From contig MCFE01000470.1 of the NCBI GenBank assembly GCA_002104905.1, forward strand, positions 1 to 64,000: DNA of 64,000 nt, in the 5' to 3' direction. A program made the translations under genes and the position numbers. This stretch comes from Basidiobolus meristosporus CBS 931.73. Its lineage: Eukaryota > Fungi > Basidiobolomycota. The notes under the pieces were generated by a model. That model saw nothing but the letters and a program-made list of their open reading frames with translations, searched no databases and was not told the origin of the DNA. Each line of letters begins with the position of its first letter. Positions within the stretch are counted from its first letter, which is position 1. Positions 14,385-27,200 of this stretch are shown here, one piece after another.

Positions 14385-15460
14385 CTACATATAGTGTGAA
14401 TTAAAAAAAACTACAGCCTCATGTTTACTAACCTCTAGAGACATGCACGCATGTTGCAATTGACATACTTCTATCATCACAACTTTATGGCTATTTGGTG
14501 TAATACTTGCAAAGTTGCCATATACCTTGTACTGCAGGTAACATATACATTTTGCAAACATATGCTTGGTTGCTGCCACTTCTGCCATAAATACCTCCTG
14601 AATATCTGCCAAGAGCTTCTTGGTATTTAGCCAATATATTACTTCTGCCTGCTGTATTCTAGTCCCCCTTATAGGTGTGCTCTGGCTTTTGTTTGTGTGA
14701 ATTCTGTATTGAATGGTGTGGAAGTTGGCTTGTGACCAAGAGACGTCCAACATACCCTGGTAGAGTTTTTGTAATAAGAATTAGTTGGTTGTTGCATCCA
14801 ACCCAACTTTGCATTACTCACCTGATTACCCATGCATTGGGGCTGCTTAGCTTCTTAATACCATAGACATAGATGTCTCCATGTGCACATCTGTCCTCAG
14901 TATTTTCCAACTCTTCATGGTTGGCCTGCATGTGTCAACTCATCACATCCATGACAGAATTGAAGGTAATATTTTTGATGAGATTGAGATATGGTAGTAC
15001 CTGCAACTTGAGTTGTCTTCCTATCTCCCCACATATTGGCTCCATAGGAAACTCCCAAAAGGTGAAGCAAGCCATAATATTCTTCTCACACCATGCAAGA
15101 TGGAGTAGATAATGGATAGAGTAGTAGCAGAGATCTATGCATTCAGCTTTATGCCTGTAGTATAGCCACTCAAATCCTGTTACAAACTCCTTACAATACA
15201 ACTCTGGATGCTTCAAGTTGGCTCTGGTGATCTGCTTCTTAATAAATATTCCTGCATTGTCCACATATGACTCCCAATGCTTCCAATGTACTCTTGGTAG
15301 GAATGGCTTTAAAATGCCTCTTGAACAAATACTTATCCAGTTCATCCAGTCTTTGCATTTGTATTGTTGCAAATGCATATGAATATGGATTAGAGCCCAT
15401 GAGAATTACTTATGGTAGTAGATACTCCTATGAAAGATTATTAAGATGACTCATTGAAAG
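14385..15460 (-). pseudogene. En/Spm (CACTA) transposase fragment, 3' (DUF4218-like) part
   Basis: HYLLHLAWCEKNIMACFTFWEFPMEPICGEIGRQLK resembles the H-L-x-H...GP...W.(Y/F)P.ER segment of Tnp2 transposases. It is an inverted homolog of 20780-21960. Confidence 0.75.
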
Positions 15461-16049
15461 GCCTTCACAAAGTTAAAGTACTGTGACTAAGAGGTACTGA
15501 TCTTTTTGGGACACCATCTAGAGATTGTTGAAAAATAATTACACCGCAGATTTTACTAAAAACTTAGTCAAAATTTTTCATCACAGTAGTTTGAAAGTGG
15601 CTTTTGATTGGTTCCCTACCGGTTTTCCCACTTTCTGATCCTGGACACTCTATCACCTTCTACATTTGTATGAATTGATTGGCTATTGCCTCTTTTTCAC
15701 ACCCCTTACTTTTTGACTCAACCATTTCTCTTACTTTTCATGCATACAAATTGACTTATTTCCATCAAAATTTCAGTTGAACCTCAATTGCCAATTGTAT
15801 TGTCCTATGCAAGTCTCTATACCCTACACTAACATTAAGCCTAACCCCACACTTAACCAGTAACTGCATTAAAATCCATCACTCAATAAGTATTTCTGCT
15901 GTAATGCTTTGGTACCGCAACTTTGGCAGGAACCCAATGGCTTTATGCCACTGTTCATTCACTGTTTCCCACATATCCTAGTCTATAGCTGGCACTTCAA
16001 GGTCTAGCTCCTCATCTGCCAGTCTTTGCAAAAATCCTTACAATATTAC

Positions 16050-19000
16050 AGTGCATTCTCTTAAGCACTGCTCTTGAAGAAGTGCTGCAACCTCTTAGTG
16101 TGCCTATTAATGTTCCAAAACTCCACTGAAGGCATTGTGATAGTCTGTCAAGCTCTTGACATTGTAGCCTTTTCTGTCAGTGGGATCTCTACTCTGTCAA
16201 CAATGGAGACTGTGGAGGCTGTGGAAGACAAGCTGCCTTTTTCAGCAAACCCATCTATCTTACTGGAGTGTAGCTCAACTGGCTGTGCTTCCAACTCTTG
16301 TGAAAACAGCTGTTTTCTTGTTGGTAATATTCTTGGCTATGATGGGATTTGGTCTGTTCCTGGCTTGCAGTGTTAATTGGCAAGAACTGCTGTTTCCTTT
16401 GCATGCCTCCCTGTCTCAGGCTTGGGTAGACATTTTTCTCTTTACCTTTTCCTTTATCACTGCCAGGTCTTTCACTGCTACTTTGTCTGAGTGCTTCTTG
16501 TAAAGAACTACATTTTTTCCTGGATAAATTCTGCTGTGACACATCTGGTTCAGCCTGCTTACCCCTTGCTGGCACTCTTCTGGCAACCTGATGTTTCTTT
16601 TCCACTTGTTTTGAGCTCTGAGCTGTAGTTGCTATGTGTTTCTGTAAAAGTGGCTTGTTTTTATCACTGCTGGGTCCTTGACTACTACTTTGAACAGGTG
16701 CTTCTGGAGTGGTAGTACACTTTTTCCTTGATAAATGTTGTGCTGGTGCATCTGTGTCTGCCTGCTTGTCCCTAATTGGCACTCTTCTATCTACCTGGTG
16801 TCTCTTTGACGCTTCACTGGAGCTTTTTTCCCTGCTTGTAGCAGGCTCTTGAGGAAGCGGCTAGTTTTTAGCCATGGAACCCTTGTTCTTCTGCCTTTGA
16901 TAGTTTCTGCTATTCTTAAGGTACTTTCTTAGCATACCAATGCTGGCTCAAAGTCAGTTCGCCCATTTGAATCCAGGATAAAGCTCATGGAACACGTCAA
17001 GGGCATTCTGCTTAGCCTTGAGTTCCTGATGGTCCCATGGTATGCCGGCCTTGAGGTGACAGCATGCTAGACTTCTGACAGCCTCTTGTATATTAGCCCA
17101 CTCTTCATTAGTGCACTCAAAGGCTTCACAGATCTTCAATGTCTTTTGATTTTCAGGCTCTGGCATAAACACCACAAAGTCCCCCTCCCGTACTGAAATA
17201 GGTTTTTTGGTCGGATTTATCTTTGGGCACTGTTGTTGTGCTTCAAAGACTGTATGGTGTTCCTCTGCTGTTACATTGGGAAATGGCTTAATTTTTGGCT
17301 ATGACATTGAGCTACTAGAGTTCCTTCTTTGTAGCAAAGATACTACTTTCTCTACCTGGAATATTGATTGCTCTACATGTATTATCTGCCCATCCTGTTT
17401 GTGGACTATTTTCTGATTTTCCAGGGCCATTGCATCTATCCTATCAGCCACTGCACCTAATTGCTTCATTGATGCTTTGGTATGAGCTGACTACATACTG
17501 GCTAATATGAGTGGTGGTAATGTTATCATGGCCACTTGCTGATCTTCAACTGAGGGAACTGCATTTGCTACATTCTCATCTGCCTAAGCATAACAGTCAG
17601 CTTGTGGCTCCATAGAGATTCTCAACTGCCTACTTGACTGAGAGCCTGAGGGGTCCGCTGTGGTGGTGTATAAGTCCAAGGGAGAGATACTTCCAACACT
17701 TCTCAAGTGTTTTGTGTGTGGGGTGTTCACTGGGTGCAATAACCTCTGGCAAAAGCTTGCTAGGAATACTTGGGTTCTGTCTCTAATCTAATGTGAAGGG
17801 GAATAAAGCCACAAGCTTGTCAAGGGAAAACTATTGAGCTACAGTCCCCAACTTAGTTGGCATCTTAACAAAAGTATGTGCTGGGTGCAGCATCCTTTGA
17901 GATGACAATGTACTAAAGCTTCCAAAGTCAAAACAACTGTAAACTCCACCTGCAGGGACTTGATAAGAATGCAGCTGTGGTCAATAGTTACAAAGACAGA
18001 AAAGTATCTTTGCCTGTACAAGAACAAACTTGGGAAAGAATCAAATATAATAAAAGATACCTACTCTGAGTATTCCTCACAAGTAGTGCCTCCAAGGTCA
18101 GTTGGCTGTCAGCGCGGTTTCCTGGGAGTGTCCTGTGGTCTGGGGTTGGAAGTTCAGGTAGCAGCAGGTAGCAGTGATCACACTAATCAACAAGTTGGTA
18201 TATTGATAAAAGGGATGATGATTTATTGTAGAGGCATAGTCTCCCTTATATACTTTTCTCACTGGCTAAGTGATTACTAATTATGGTGTTCCAGAAGGTT
18301 CCGGATATCAATAGAAATCTTAATGACATCACAATGACCTAAGAATGTTCTAAGTAGGTGCCGGAAGGTTCTAAGAGGCACAGCACATCCAACCAATCAG
18401 GAATCAGTATTCTGAAACCTGTGTAACATGGGGATACCATATATGGTATGTAAATGGTAGGGATGGTGACACGGGTTGATCATGTGTCACAGGTACTGGC
18501 ACAGGTACTTGCCTAATATAGAAGTACTTGTAGCTAGTAATCTTACATAAAGTGAGGGGTAGCTTATGCAATAAGGTAAGCAGGTGCGATAGTCAACCGG
18601 CTTATGGGATAGTACTGATTGGGTAAGACAAATGGGATAAAACTAAAATAAGTGTAGTTGAGGTATAGGGAAGTAGAAAATAAGGAAATGAGCACATCTG
18701 TCAGTGGGTGTCACTGTTGCCCCACTACACCGCATTATTACCTTCAATGGGTACACTATCCACAGGGTCTTTTTTGGAAGTAGCCCTGCCTGTTGTACTC
18801 AATCTCAACGCAAGCTGTTGTTCAACTATTCCTCTGTTGCCGTCAGTGGTGGGGTTTGGTTGAGAATCAGACAACTTTGCTTTATTTTTTGGTGGCATAT
18901 ATATGGAAATGAGTTAAACCAAAGGGGAAATAGTGCTACATATACAGGTGTATATGGTGCCACAACTTTATTTAAAATGCTTACTATGGCCGGTCATCAT
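16050..19000 (-). pseudogene. CACTA-associated accessory gene (ORF-X), interrupted by a solo LTR
   Basis: Fragments at 16255-16782 (Ser/Lys/Gln-rich repeated modules) and 16954-17175 (Trp-containing, helical-looking segment). Sequence continuity with the 8700-8760 copy is restored when 17659-18729 is removed. Lies head-to-head with the transposase at 19445. Confidence 0.55.
17659..18729. mobile_element. Solo LTR, family B (1071 bp)
   Basis: TGTGG...CTACA termini and 4-bp TSD CCGC (17655-17658 and 18730-18733). Near-identical copies at 29087 and 41840. Confidence 0.9.
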
Positions 19001-19444
19001 TGAATCCTACATTCATGCAGGTTCAATGTCTCAAATACAAGACTGTTTTAAGTTCACATAAGTATTGACCAAAAAGTGATATAATAGCGCTACATTGTTG
19101 AAGGTCAAACTGTTTGCCCTATGGACAAGACAACTTTGACACAATGCCATAAGAGAAGAGAAAAAAGACCATGTGGCTATTATGGCAAGCCTCTCAGCCA
19201 TGAAGCACACAGACAGCATAGGAAGTATTACAAGGATCATGGCCAGTGTTTTGACACCCATGTCATATTTGACCATTCATTTGTGACTGATGTACCAACA
19301 TCATCTTGCCAGCCAGTTGATACTTCTATATTGGCACCTGGCTGTCTTTGTCACCTTGCACAAACTGAGTTGGGTGAGTTTGTGATGCCCTTAGGCTCAC
19401 CTCAGCCTTGTGAATATGGCATGCAGAGTGACAGCTCTGACAAA

Positions 19445-21343
19445 GAAGGTTGACTGATGGATTTTGAGCCTATCTCCCCTAACAACTGTATCACATATGA
19501 GCTTGGTCAAATCCCTATAAGCAATGAGACAGCACCTGTTGAAAGATATGCCAAGGATACTTTGTGGAGCCAAGTCAGCCCAGTAATCCATCTGCTGGTG
19601 AATGATGTAGTGCTATGGCTAGAGAAGTGGTGTGTTTCCACTAATATCAGTAATGAGGGCTTTGAGGATTTATTACTACTTGTTGCCAAAATCATACTGT
19701 GATGCAACTTACTATGTACATGGTACAAGTAGACAACCGTCATGCAGCTGGCAACATATGATCCAGAGACTGTCCTGATTCCGGCATGTGTTAACTGTTG
19801 CATGGCATTCACATCTGAAAATGATTCCATTACAATGTGTCCAAATTGTCAGGAATCTACTACCAAGGGAAAACATTGTTCACACTCTGGATGTATTCTG
19901 GTCATACCCCATCCAAGGAAGCTGATGCAGTCCAACAAATATTGCAAAGCTATATAGTACTTCACTCAGTATCAATGAAGCGCAAACATATCCAATATAT
20001 TCAATGGCAAACATTACAAACAGCTAAGAAGCAATGGATACTTTGAAGGTATGAATGACCATGGCTTTGCTTTAGCACTTGAAGGATTCTCATTCAACAA
20101 ATACTCTACCTGCAAATTCTACTGGCTACTGATTCTAATCAGTTTGAATCTGCCACCCATCTTATGGTATCAGAGCAATAATCCAATGGTAGTCTCACTG
20201 GTATCTGGGTCTAAATCATTGTCCAACCTGGATAGCTACCTGATTCCAGAGCTGGATGAATTTTGAATGCTTTCCAGCAAGATAACTGTAAATGGCCGTC
20301 ATGTAAAAGTGCATATTGTTATCTACACTGGAGATACCCCAGCCATCAGCATGATAGCAGGTTTTTCTGGATATAATGGATGGTATTACTGTGAAATGTG
20401 TGAGGTCCAGGGGATTTACTTTTTAACTCACACACATTATTATTACCCAAAAACCAGCACTAAGAACATCATCTTTCCATAGAGAGAACATGCAGAAGTA
20501 AGCATGCTATTGCAGCAAAGTTGGCAAGCTATAAGCCATTGGCTGCTATATGGAATTAATTGAAAACCAGAGATACTTAAGATAGAGGGTATCTGTTGGA
20601 GCAAAAGCTTTCTACTGGGAGTAATGCATTTGCTTTGCAACAATATCCCTATACTGATAACCAAGTTGTACATGGTGCATTTCAAGCTAAATGAGCCCTT
20701 TGAGATACTAGGGAAATTTGAAAGAATTAGCAAGATATTACAGAGTATCTGCTACCGTAAGTATCTCTCACTGGCTCTGATTAATATTCATATGCATATG
20801 TGACAATACAAATGCAAAGACTAGATGAACTGGATAAGTGTTTATTCAAGTGGTGTTCTGAAGCCATTCCTACCAAGTATACATTGGAAGCATTGGGAGT
20901 TATATGTGGACATTGTAGGAATATTTATCCAGAAGTGGATCACCAATGCCAACTGGACACATCTACAGCTGATGTGTGAGTAGTTTGTGACAGGATTTTA
21001 GTTGCTATACTGCAAACATAAAGCTGAACACCTAGATCTCTGCCACTACTGTATCCATTCTCTACTCCATCTTGCATGGTGTGTGGAGAATATTGGGCCC
21101 TGCTTCACCTTTTGGGAGTTTCCTATGGAGTGGATGTGTGGGGAGATAGGAAGACAAGTCAAGTTGCAGGTACTACCATATTTCAATCTCATCAAGAATA
21201 TTACCTTCAAGCCCATGTTGGATGTGATGAGTTGGCACATGGAGGACAGCCAGAAAGAGTTGGAAAATACTGAGGACAAATGTGCACATGGAGACACCTA
21301 TGCCTATGGCATTAAGAGGCTAAGCATCCCACTGAGTTGGTAA
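19445..21343 (+). pseudogene. En/Spm (CACTA) Tnp2-type transposase pseudogene, the most complete copy
   Basis: Successive fragments follow the Transposase_21/DUF4218 layout: ACVNCCMAF..CPNC; LALEGFSF...YWLLILISLNLPP...PMVVSLVSG...LDSYLIPELDEF; IYTGDTPAISMIAGFSGYNGWYYCEMC; HSLLHLAWCVENIGPCFTFWEFPMEWMCG. Many stops and frameshifts. Confidence 0.85.
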
Positions 21344-22365
21344 TCAGCTAAATAATGCAAACTTGGGCTGGGTGCAACAACCAACTGATTCTTATTGGGA
21401 AGACTCTACCAGGATATGCCAGATTTCTTATAGTCACAAGCCAACTTCTACGCCATTCAATACAGAATTCACACAAACAAAAGCCAGAGCACACCTATAA
21501 GGGGGACTAGAATCCAGCAGGGAGAAGTGACATATTGCCTAAATACCAAGAAGTTCTTTCAGATATTCAAGAGGTATTTATGGCAGAAGTGGCAACAACC
21601 AAGCATATGTTTGTAAGATATATATGTTTCCAGTGTACAAGGTATATGGCAACTTTACAAGTATCATACTGAAAAGTCATATAGTTGAGGTGACAGAAGT
21701 ATGTCAATTGTGGCAGGTGTGCATGTTTGTTGAGGTTAGTAAGCAGGAGGCCAGAGTTTTTTTTGATTCAAACTAAATGTGGAATACCCAAGGCAGTACT
21801 GGGTAAGCAAATAAAGAGGGGTGATTCTACAATGGAATATATGAATTGCAAATGGGGAGGTAGAAAAAGGTAATACCAATTGGTAAATTGGTACTTTAAC
21901 ATTATAAAGAACCAGCAGTAGGCCATCATACTGCGGATATAATGTCATCAGAGTCTTGCTGTGTGGCCGTCAAAATACCATCAGTTTTGTTGCCATATAA
22001 GGCAACTAGATGTCCTGGCCAACTGAATCCACTTAAAATAGTTTCAGTGCGCTAAAAGACTGTAACAATACCATGCAAATATTGTCACAGCGCCAATTAA
22101 ATATTGTCAAGTTATATCCCTTTATTTGGTTGTAAAATTAGCAAAACACCATCATGATCCTGTCAGAAGATTGTTCAGAGGGTCACTAATTTCAAGTTGT
22201 TGTTATTATGATGGTCTCTAAGCAGGATCTTGATGATTGATCCAGACTGGATCCACCTGTGGGACCAAATTAGTTTTCATAGGGGATCTTGGTGTGCCTT
22301 TTAATATTCCAAATTCCACTGAGGGCATTGTGATAGCCCTTCAAGCTCTTGGTGTTGTAGCTTGG

Positions 22366-22885
22366 TCTGTCAGTGGGATCTCTACTCTGTCAACAATGGA
22401 GACTGTGGAGGCTGTGGAAGACAAGCTGCCTTTTTCAGCAAACCCATCTATCTTACTGGAGTGTAGCTCAACTGGCTGTGCTTCCAACTCTTGTGAAAAC
22501 AGCTGTTTTCTTGTTGGTAATATTCTTGGCTATGATGGGATTCAGTCTGTTCCTGGCTTGCAGTGTTAATTGGCAAGAACTGCTGTTTCCTTTGCATGCC
22601 TCCCTGTCTCAGGCTTGGGTAGACATTTTTCTCTTTACCTTTTCCTTTATCACTGCCAGGTCTTTCACTGCTACTTTGTCTGAGTGCTTCTTGTAAAGAA
22701 CTACATTTTTTCCTGGATAAATTCTGCTGTGACACATCTGGTTCAGCATGCTTACCCCTTGCTGGCACTCTTCTGGCAACCTGATGTTTCTTTTCCACTT
22801 GTTTTGAGCTCTGAACTGTAGTTGCTATGTGTTTCTGTAAAAGTGGCTTGTTTTTATCACTGCTGGGTCCTTGACTACTACTTTG
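22366..22885 (+). repeat. 520-bp near-identical direct copy of 16173-16692 (ORF-X repeat region)
   Basis: Offset 6193 bp. About 4 mismatches found by eye. Flanks are much more diverged. Confidence 0.9.
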
Positions 22886-23009
22886 TGTGGTAGACAAATT
22901 GCCTTTTTCTGCACACTCATCTACTTTGCTGGAGTGAAGCTCAACTGGATGTGCTTCCAAATCTTGTGAAAGTAGCTATTTTCTTGTTTGTAATTCTTCT
23001 GGCATATGA

Positions 23010-23554
23010 TGTTATGAATAGACACAAGGCAGGAGAGTAGAGCTACGCAAGACAGGACCAGCAAAGGACCTTGGTGTAGATCAACAAGGCAAGGCATGTT
23101 TCCAAGGCAAAGTGGATTTCCAAGGCATGGCTGTATATTCAAGACCTGTGTTTATCAGACTGAGGAATACATCAGGGGGGATAGGACTTTATATATTTTT
23201 TGGTGATATGGATGCCAAGAGATACTGGCTTATACTGATGGGGTTCTGGTGTAGGCACAGTAAGTGTGCCAAGATAGAATATACTAAAGAACAAACTAGA
23301 ATATCACATGGGAATATGTCAGGGTTTGGCTGATCATGTGACCAGGCCATATAACATATAGTCACTATATAGGGTATGGGTCTACATAAATCTTAATGGG
23401 AAGCTTCCATAGAATGTTTCATTGTCTAATGTTGACATGGAGCTTTCAAGAAGTTGCCATAATGTAGTAAGACTTTCTAGAAGCAAATTGGATTTCTTCA
23501 CTGACTTGATTTGGCATGATAATTGGAGACCAGAGATGACATGTGATCATGGTA
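23010..23554 (-). mobile_element. Solo LTR, family D
   Basis: 5-bp TSD TATGA (23005-23009 and 23555-23559). Removing it restores the ORF-X sequence CTGGC(A)TATGATGGGATTC. Reverse-complement homolog of 31380-31907 and 33414-33942. Confidence 0.85.
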
Positions 23555-24289
23555 TATGATGGGATTCAATCTGTTCTAGGTTTGCAGCATTGATTGGCAA
23601 GAGCTGCAGTATCTTTTTGCATGCTTCCCTGTCTCAGGCTTGGATAGACATTTTTCCCTTGCCCTTTTCCTTGATCACTGCCATGTCTTACACTACTACT
23701 TTGTGTGAGTGCCTCTTGTAATGACCTACATTTTCATCATGATAAATTCAGCTCTGACACATCTACTTTGGCCAGCTTGTCTCTTGCTGGCACTCTTCTG
23801 ACAAGCTGACATTTCTTTCCTGCTTGTTTTGAGCTCTCAACCATAGTTGTAATGGGCTTCTGTAAAAGCCCACTGGTTTATATCACTGCCTGGTCCTTCA
23901 CTGCTGCATTGACTGAGTGCTTCTTGAGTGAAACTACACTTTTTTCCTGATGAATGTTGTGCTGGTGCATCTGTGCCAGCCTGCTTGTCCCTAATTGGCA
24001 TGCATTAGCTGCCTGGTTTCTCTTTGACACTTGTCTGGAGCTTTTGACCCTGCTTCTAACAGGGTCTTGAGGAAGCCACTGGTTTCTAGCCATGACACCC
24101 CTGTTCTTCTGTGCTTGATAGTTTCAGCTATTTTTAAGATACTTTCTTAGCAATTCAATGCTGGCCAAAAATACATTTACCTGTTTGACTGCATCCATTC
24201 CAAAATGCATGGTGCTTAGTGTCTGGAGAATACTGCAGCTTGCTTTGTCTTTTGAGAGTTTCCTAAGAAGCAAATGTGTGGGGAGATAT

Positions 24290-27200
24290 GCATGGTCTGA
24301 GTACCTTGTATTTTAGTGGGAATATTCTAAGTAAAACCCAACAAGGAATTTGGTCAGTATTCTCAAGAACTTGAAGGTAATGATCTAAGTGACTAAGTTA
24401 GGTGAATGCTTAGGTGGAATTACAAGTTTTTACAACACTCCCACTCAGCTAAATGTTTATACTGACTAGTCCTAATTTTGACCAAAGATATTCAGACTTG
24501 TCTCTAGCTAATGGCTTGGTAAATATGTCTGCAATCATTACATCTGAAGGACAGTAAACTAAGCTAACTAGCTCTTGCTCTATAGCTTCACGTATGATAT
24601 GATGCCTAATATCTATGTACTTAGTTTTAGCATGAAAAGCAGGATTTCTACCTAATTTTCTGCATCCTTGATTATGTTGAAATAAAGTAATAGGTATTTT
24701 TTGACATTGACCTAAATCTGTAAAAAACTTTCTTAGCCACATTGCTTTTTTTGTAGCTTCACAGGCTGCCAGGTACGCTGCCTCTGTGGTAGAGTGTGCT
24801 ACAGTTGATAGCTTTCTTAAATCCCATGAAATTGCCCCTTTACAGTAAAGAAAGGTGTATCCTGTGGTGGATCTTTTGTCTTCCAGATTTCGTCCCTAAT
24901 CAGCATCAGAGTATCCCACATGATCCTGTTCTGAGTCCTTATATGTGAATCTTAATCAGATATCTGCAGACCCTTTTAGGTGTCTAAAAATCTGCTTAAC
25001 TGCTGCAATATGATTGGATCCATAGTTCTGATATATGTTGGCTGGCAACTCCAACTGAATATGCAAAGTCTGGACATGTTCCAAGCACCAATGTATATCA
25101 AACTGCTGATCATATATTGATACGGAAAGTCAGGGCTTTCAGATGGCACTACGCTCTCTTGATTTGGTTAAGTTTTGACTAAGTTAAGGTTTATCTCCCT
25201 TGGTGTAGCTGCCAGATTACAGTCTTCCATTTGGTACTTCTTTAGTATATCATGAATACACTTGGATAGGCTTAGGGTGATAGTCTATGTACTTCTGTCT
25301 ATGGAGAACTTAATCCCTAAGTAATAACTGAGTTCTCCTAGATTGGACATCTTGAACTCCTTAGATAGGCTGTATTTAGTCTCTTCTAATGTTGCTGGAT
25401 TATTGGGGCTATAATAAGATCATCCACATATAGAGCTAATAGAGCTGGATTTGCTCTGTCTGGCTTATATTATATACTATAGTCAGCATTACTCCTTTTG
25501 AAACTCAGAGACTCCAAATAAGAATCTATCTTGTAACTTCAGGCTCTTGGTGATAGTTTGAGACAATGTAGAGGCTTTTTAAGTTTGCAGACCAATTGGG
25601 GGCTATCTTGGTCAGCAAACCCATCAAACTGGTCCATATACATGTCCTCATCAAGTCCTCTACTCAAAAATGCAACTCTTACATCTATTTGAAGAATAAA
25701 AAACTTATATTTGGCTGCAATAGCCAATATAAATGTGATGGAATTAAACATGGCTACCAGAGAAAAGGTCTCAGTGTAGTCAAATCCTCTTGTTTAAGTG
25801 TATCCTTAGGCCACAAGTCTTGTTTTGTATCTTTCAATTGTACCATCAGCTTTGTGTTTTGTCTTGAAGATACATTTGCATCCAATTGACTTTTGGTTGA
25901 TTGGTAATATGACCAAGTCCCAAGCCTGATTTTCCATCAGGGCCTGATATTCCTCAGTCATTGCAGATCACCAAGACTTTGTCTGAGGGCTATTTAGGGC
26001 CTCTTTTACAGTCTGGGGCTCATCAATATGGACTGATTAGGCATAGGCTAAGTTTGTACCATCATTGCGGAAGTAATTTGGGCTATTTCTTGTCCAATTG
26101 GATCTCTGGGCATTTGATACTGGAATGATCACTTCTGGGATATTTCTGGCCACTGCTTCAGGCTAAACCACAGTTGTAGAGTACTCTGGAGTGAAAAATA
26201 CTCATTGTTTGCTCTGATTCAATCCTGAAAATTGGTGGACTAGAGATCACATTTTTATCATTATCTAATGTCATATTTGTGAAAATTTTTAATTTTCATC
26301 AAACAACACATCCATGGGCTTGATTAGCTTCTTTGCTTTGGTATTGTGGCGTCTGTATTCTTTACCCTCATTGCAGTAGCCCAAAAATATGAGTTTTACA
26401 CTTTTTGGCTTAAGTTTTGACTGATTTCCTGGCAGTTTCTTGGCATATGCTGTACACCCAAATATTCTTAGATGTTCTGCACTTGGTGTGTATGCATATC
26501 ATGCCTCAAATAGTGTAGAATCACAAAGTATTCTGTTATAACTTCTATTTTAAGGTATACAGCTGTGGCAACTGATTCTGCCCAAAAATCATAGGATAAT
26601 TTTTGATTGTGGATCATAGATCTTGCCATATCATTTATTGATCTGTTTGCATGTTCTGCTACTCTGGTATACAGTGGGAAGTATGGTGTCAGTAGTCTCT
26701 TGCTTTATTGCATGAATTTTGCAGAAGTGGATGAAGAGTTTGAGGTATATTCTCCACCATTGACACAGTGTATTTTCTTGATTTATCCACCAGTTTTTTG
26801 CCCCAATATAGCTTTAAGCTCTCTGAAATTAGACAGAGCTTCTTCCTTTCTCTCCATAAGGTAGGCCCATGTGTATCTTGTATAATCATCAATAAAAACT
26901 ATTAAATACTTCATCCTGCCTAAGGATAGGTTTTCCATAGGTACACATAGATCTGGGTGAATTAGATCTAGTTTTATGTTAGTTTTGATCAACCTAGAAC
27001 TCTTGAATGGCTGTCTTGCTAGTTTCTCATGTATGCAGGCTTCACAGTGCTTCAAATTAGCTTGGAGATCAATTTTTACTCCAGAAGTTAGCTGATCTTT
27101 GCTCAATTTGCACAAATAATCAAATTGATGTGCCCAAATCTCCTGTGCCAAAGTATTGGTGTTTCTTCATTTGAGTTACTTATACTGACTTCTAAATATG

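Noticed and set aside
15527-15915. Possible MITE or CACTA terminus (CACCGCAG... / ...CTGCTGTA, with CCTAAC motifs)
   Set aside because: The inverted match is short and imperfect, with no TSD and no second copy in the window.
17960-18280. ORF MIRMQLWSIVTKTEK... present three times (also 29388 and 42337)
   Set aside because: It lies inside family-B LTRs with a TTG start and variable stops. Its conservation simply reflects recent copying of the LTR.
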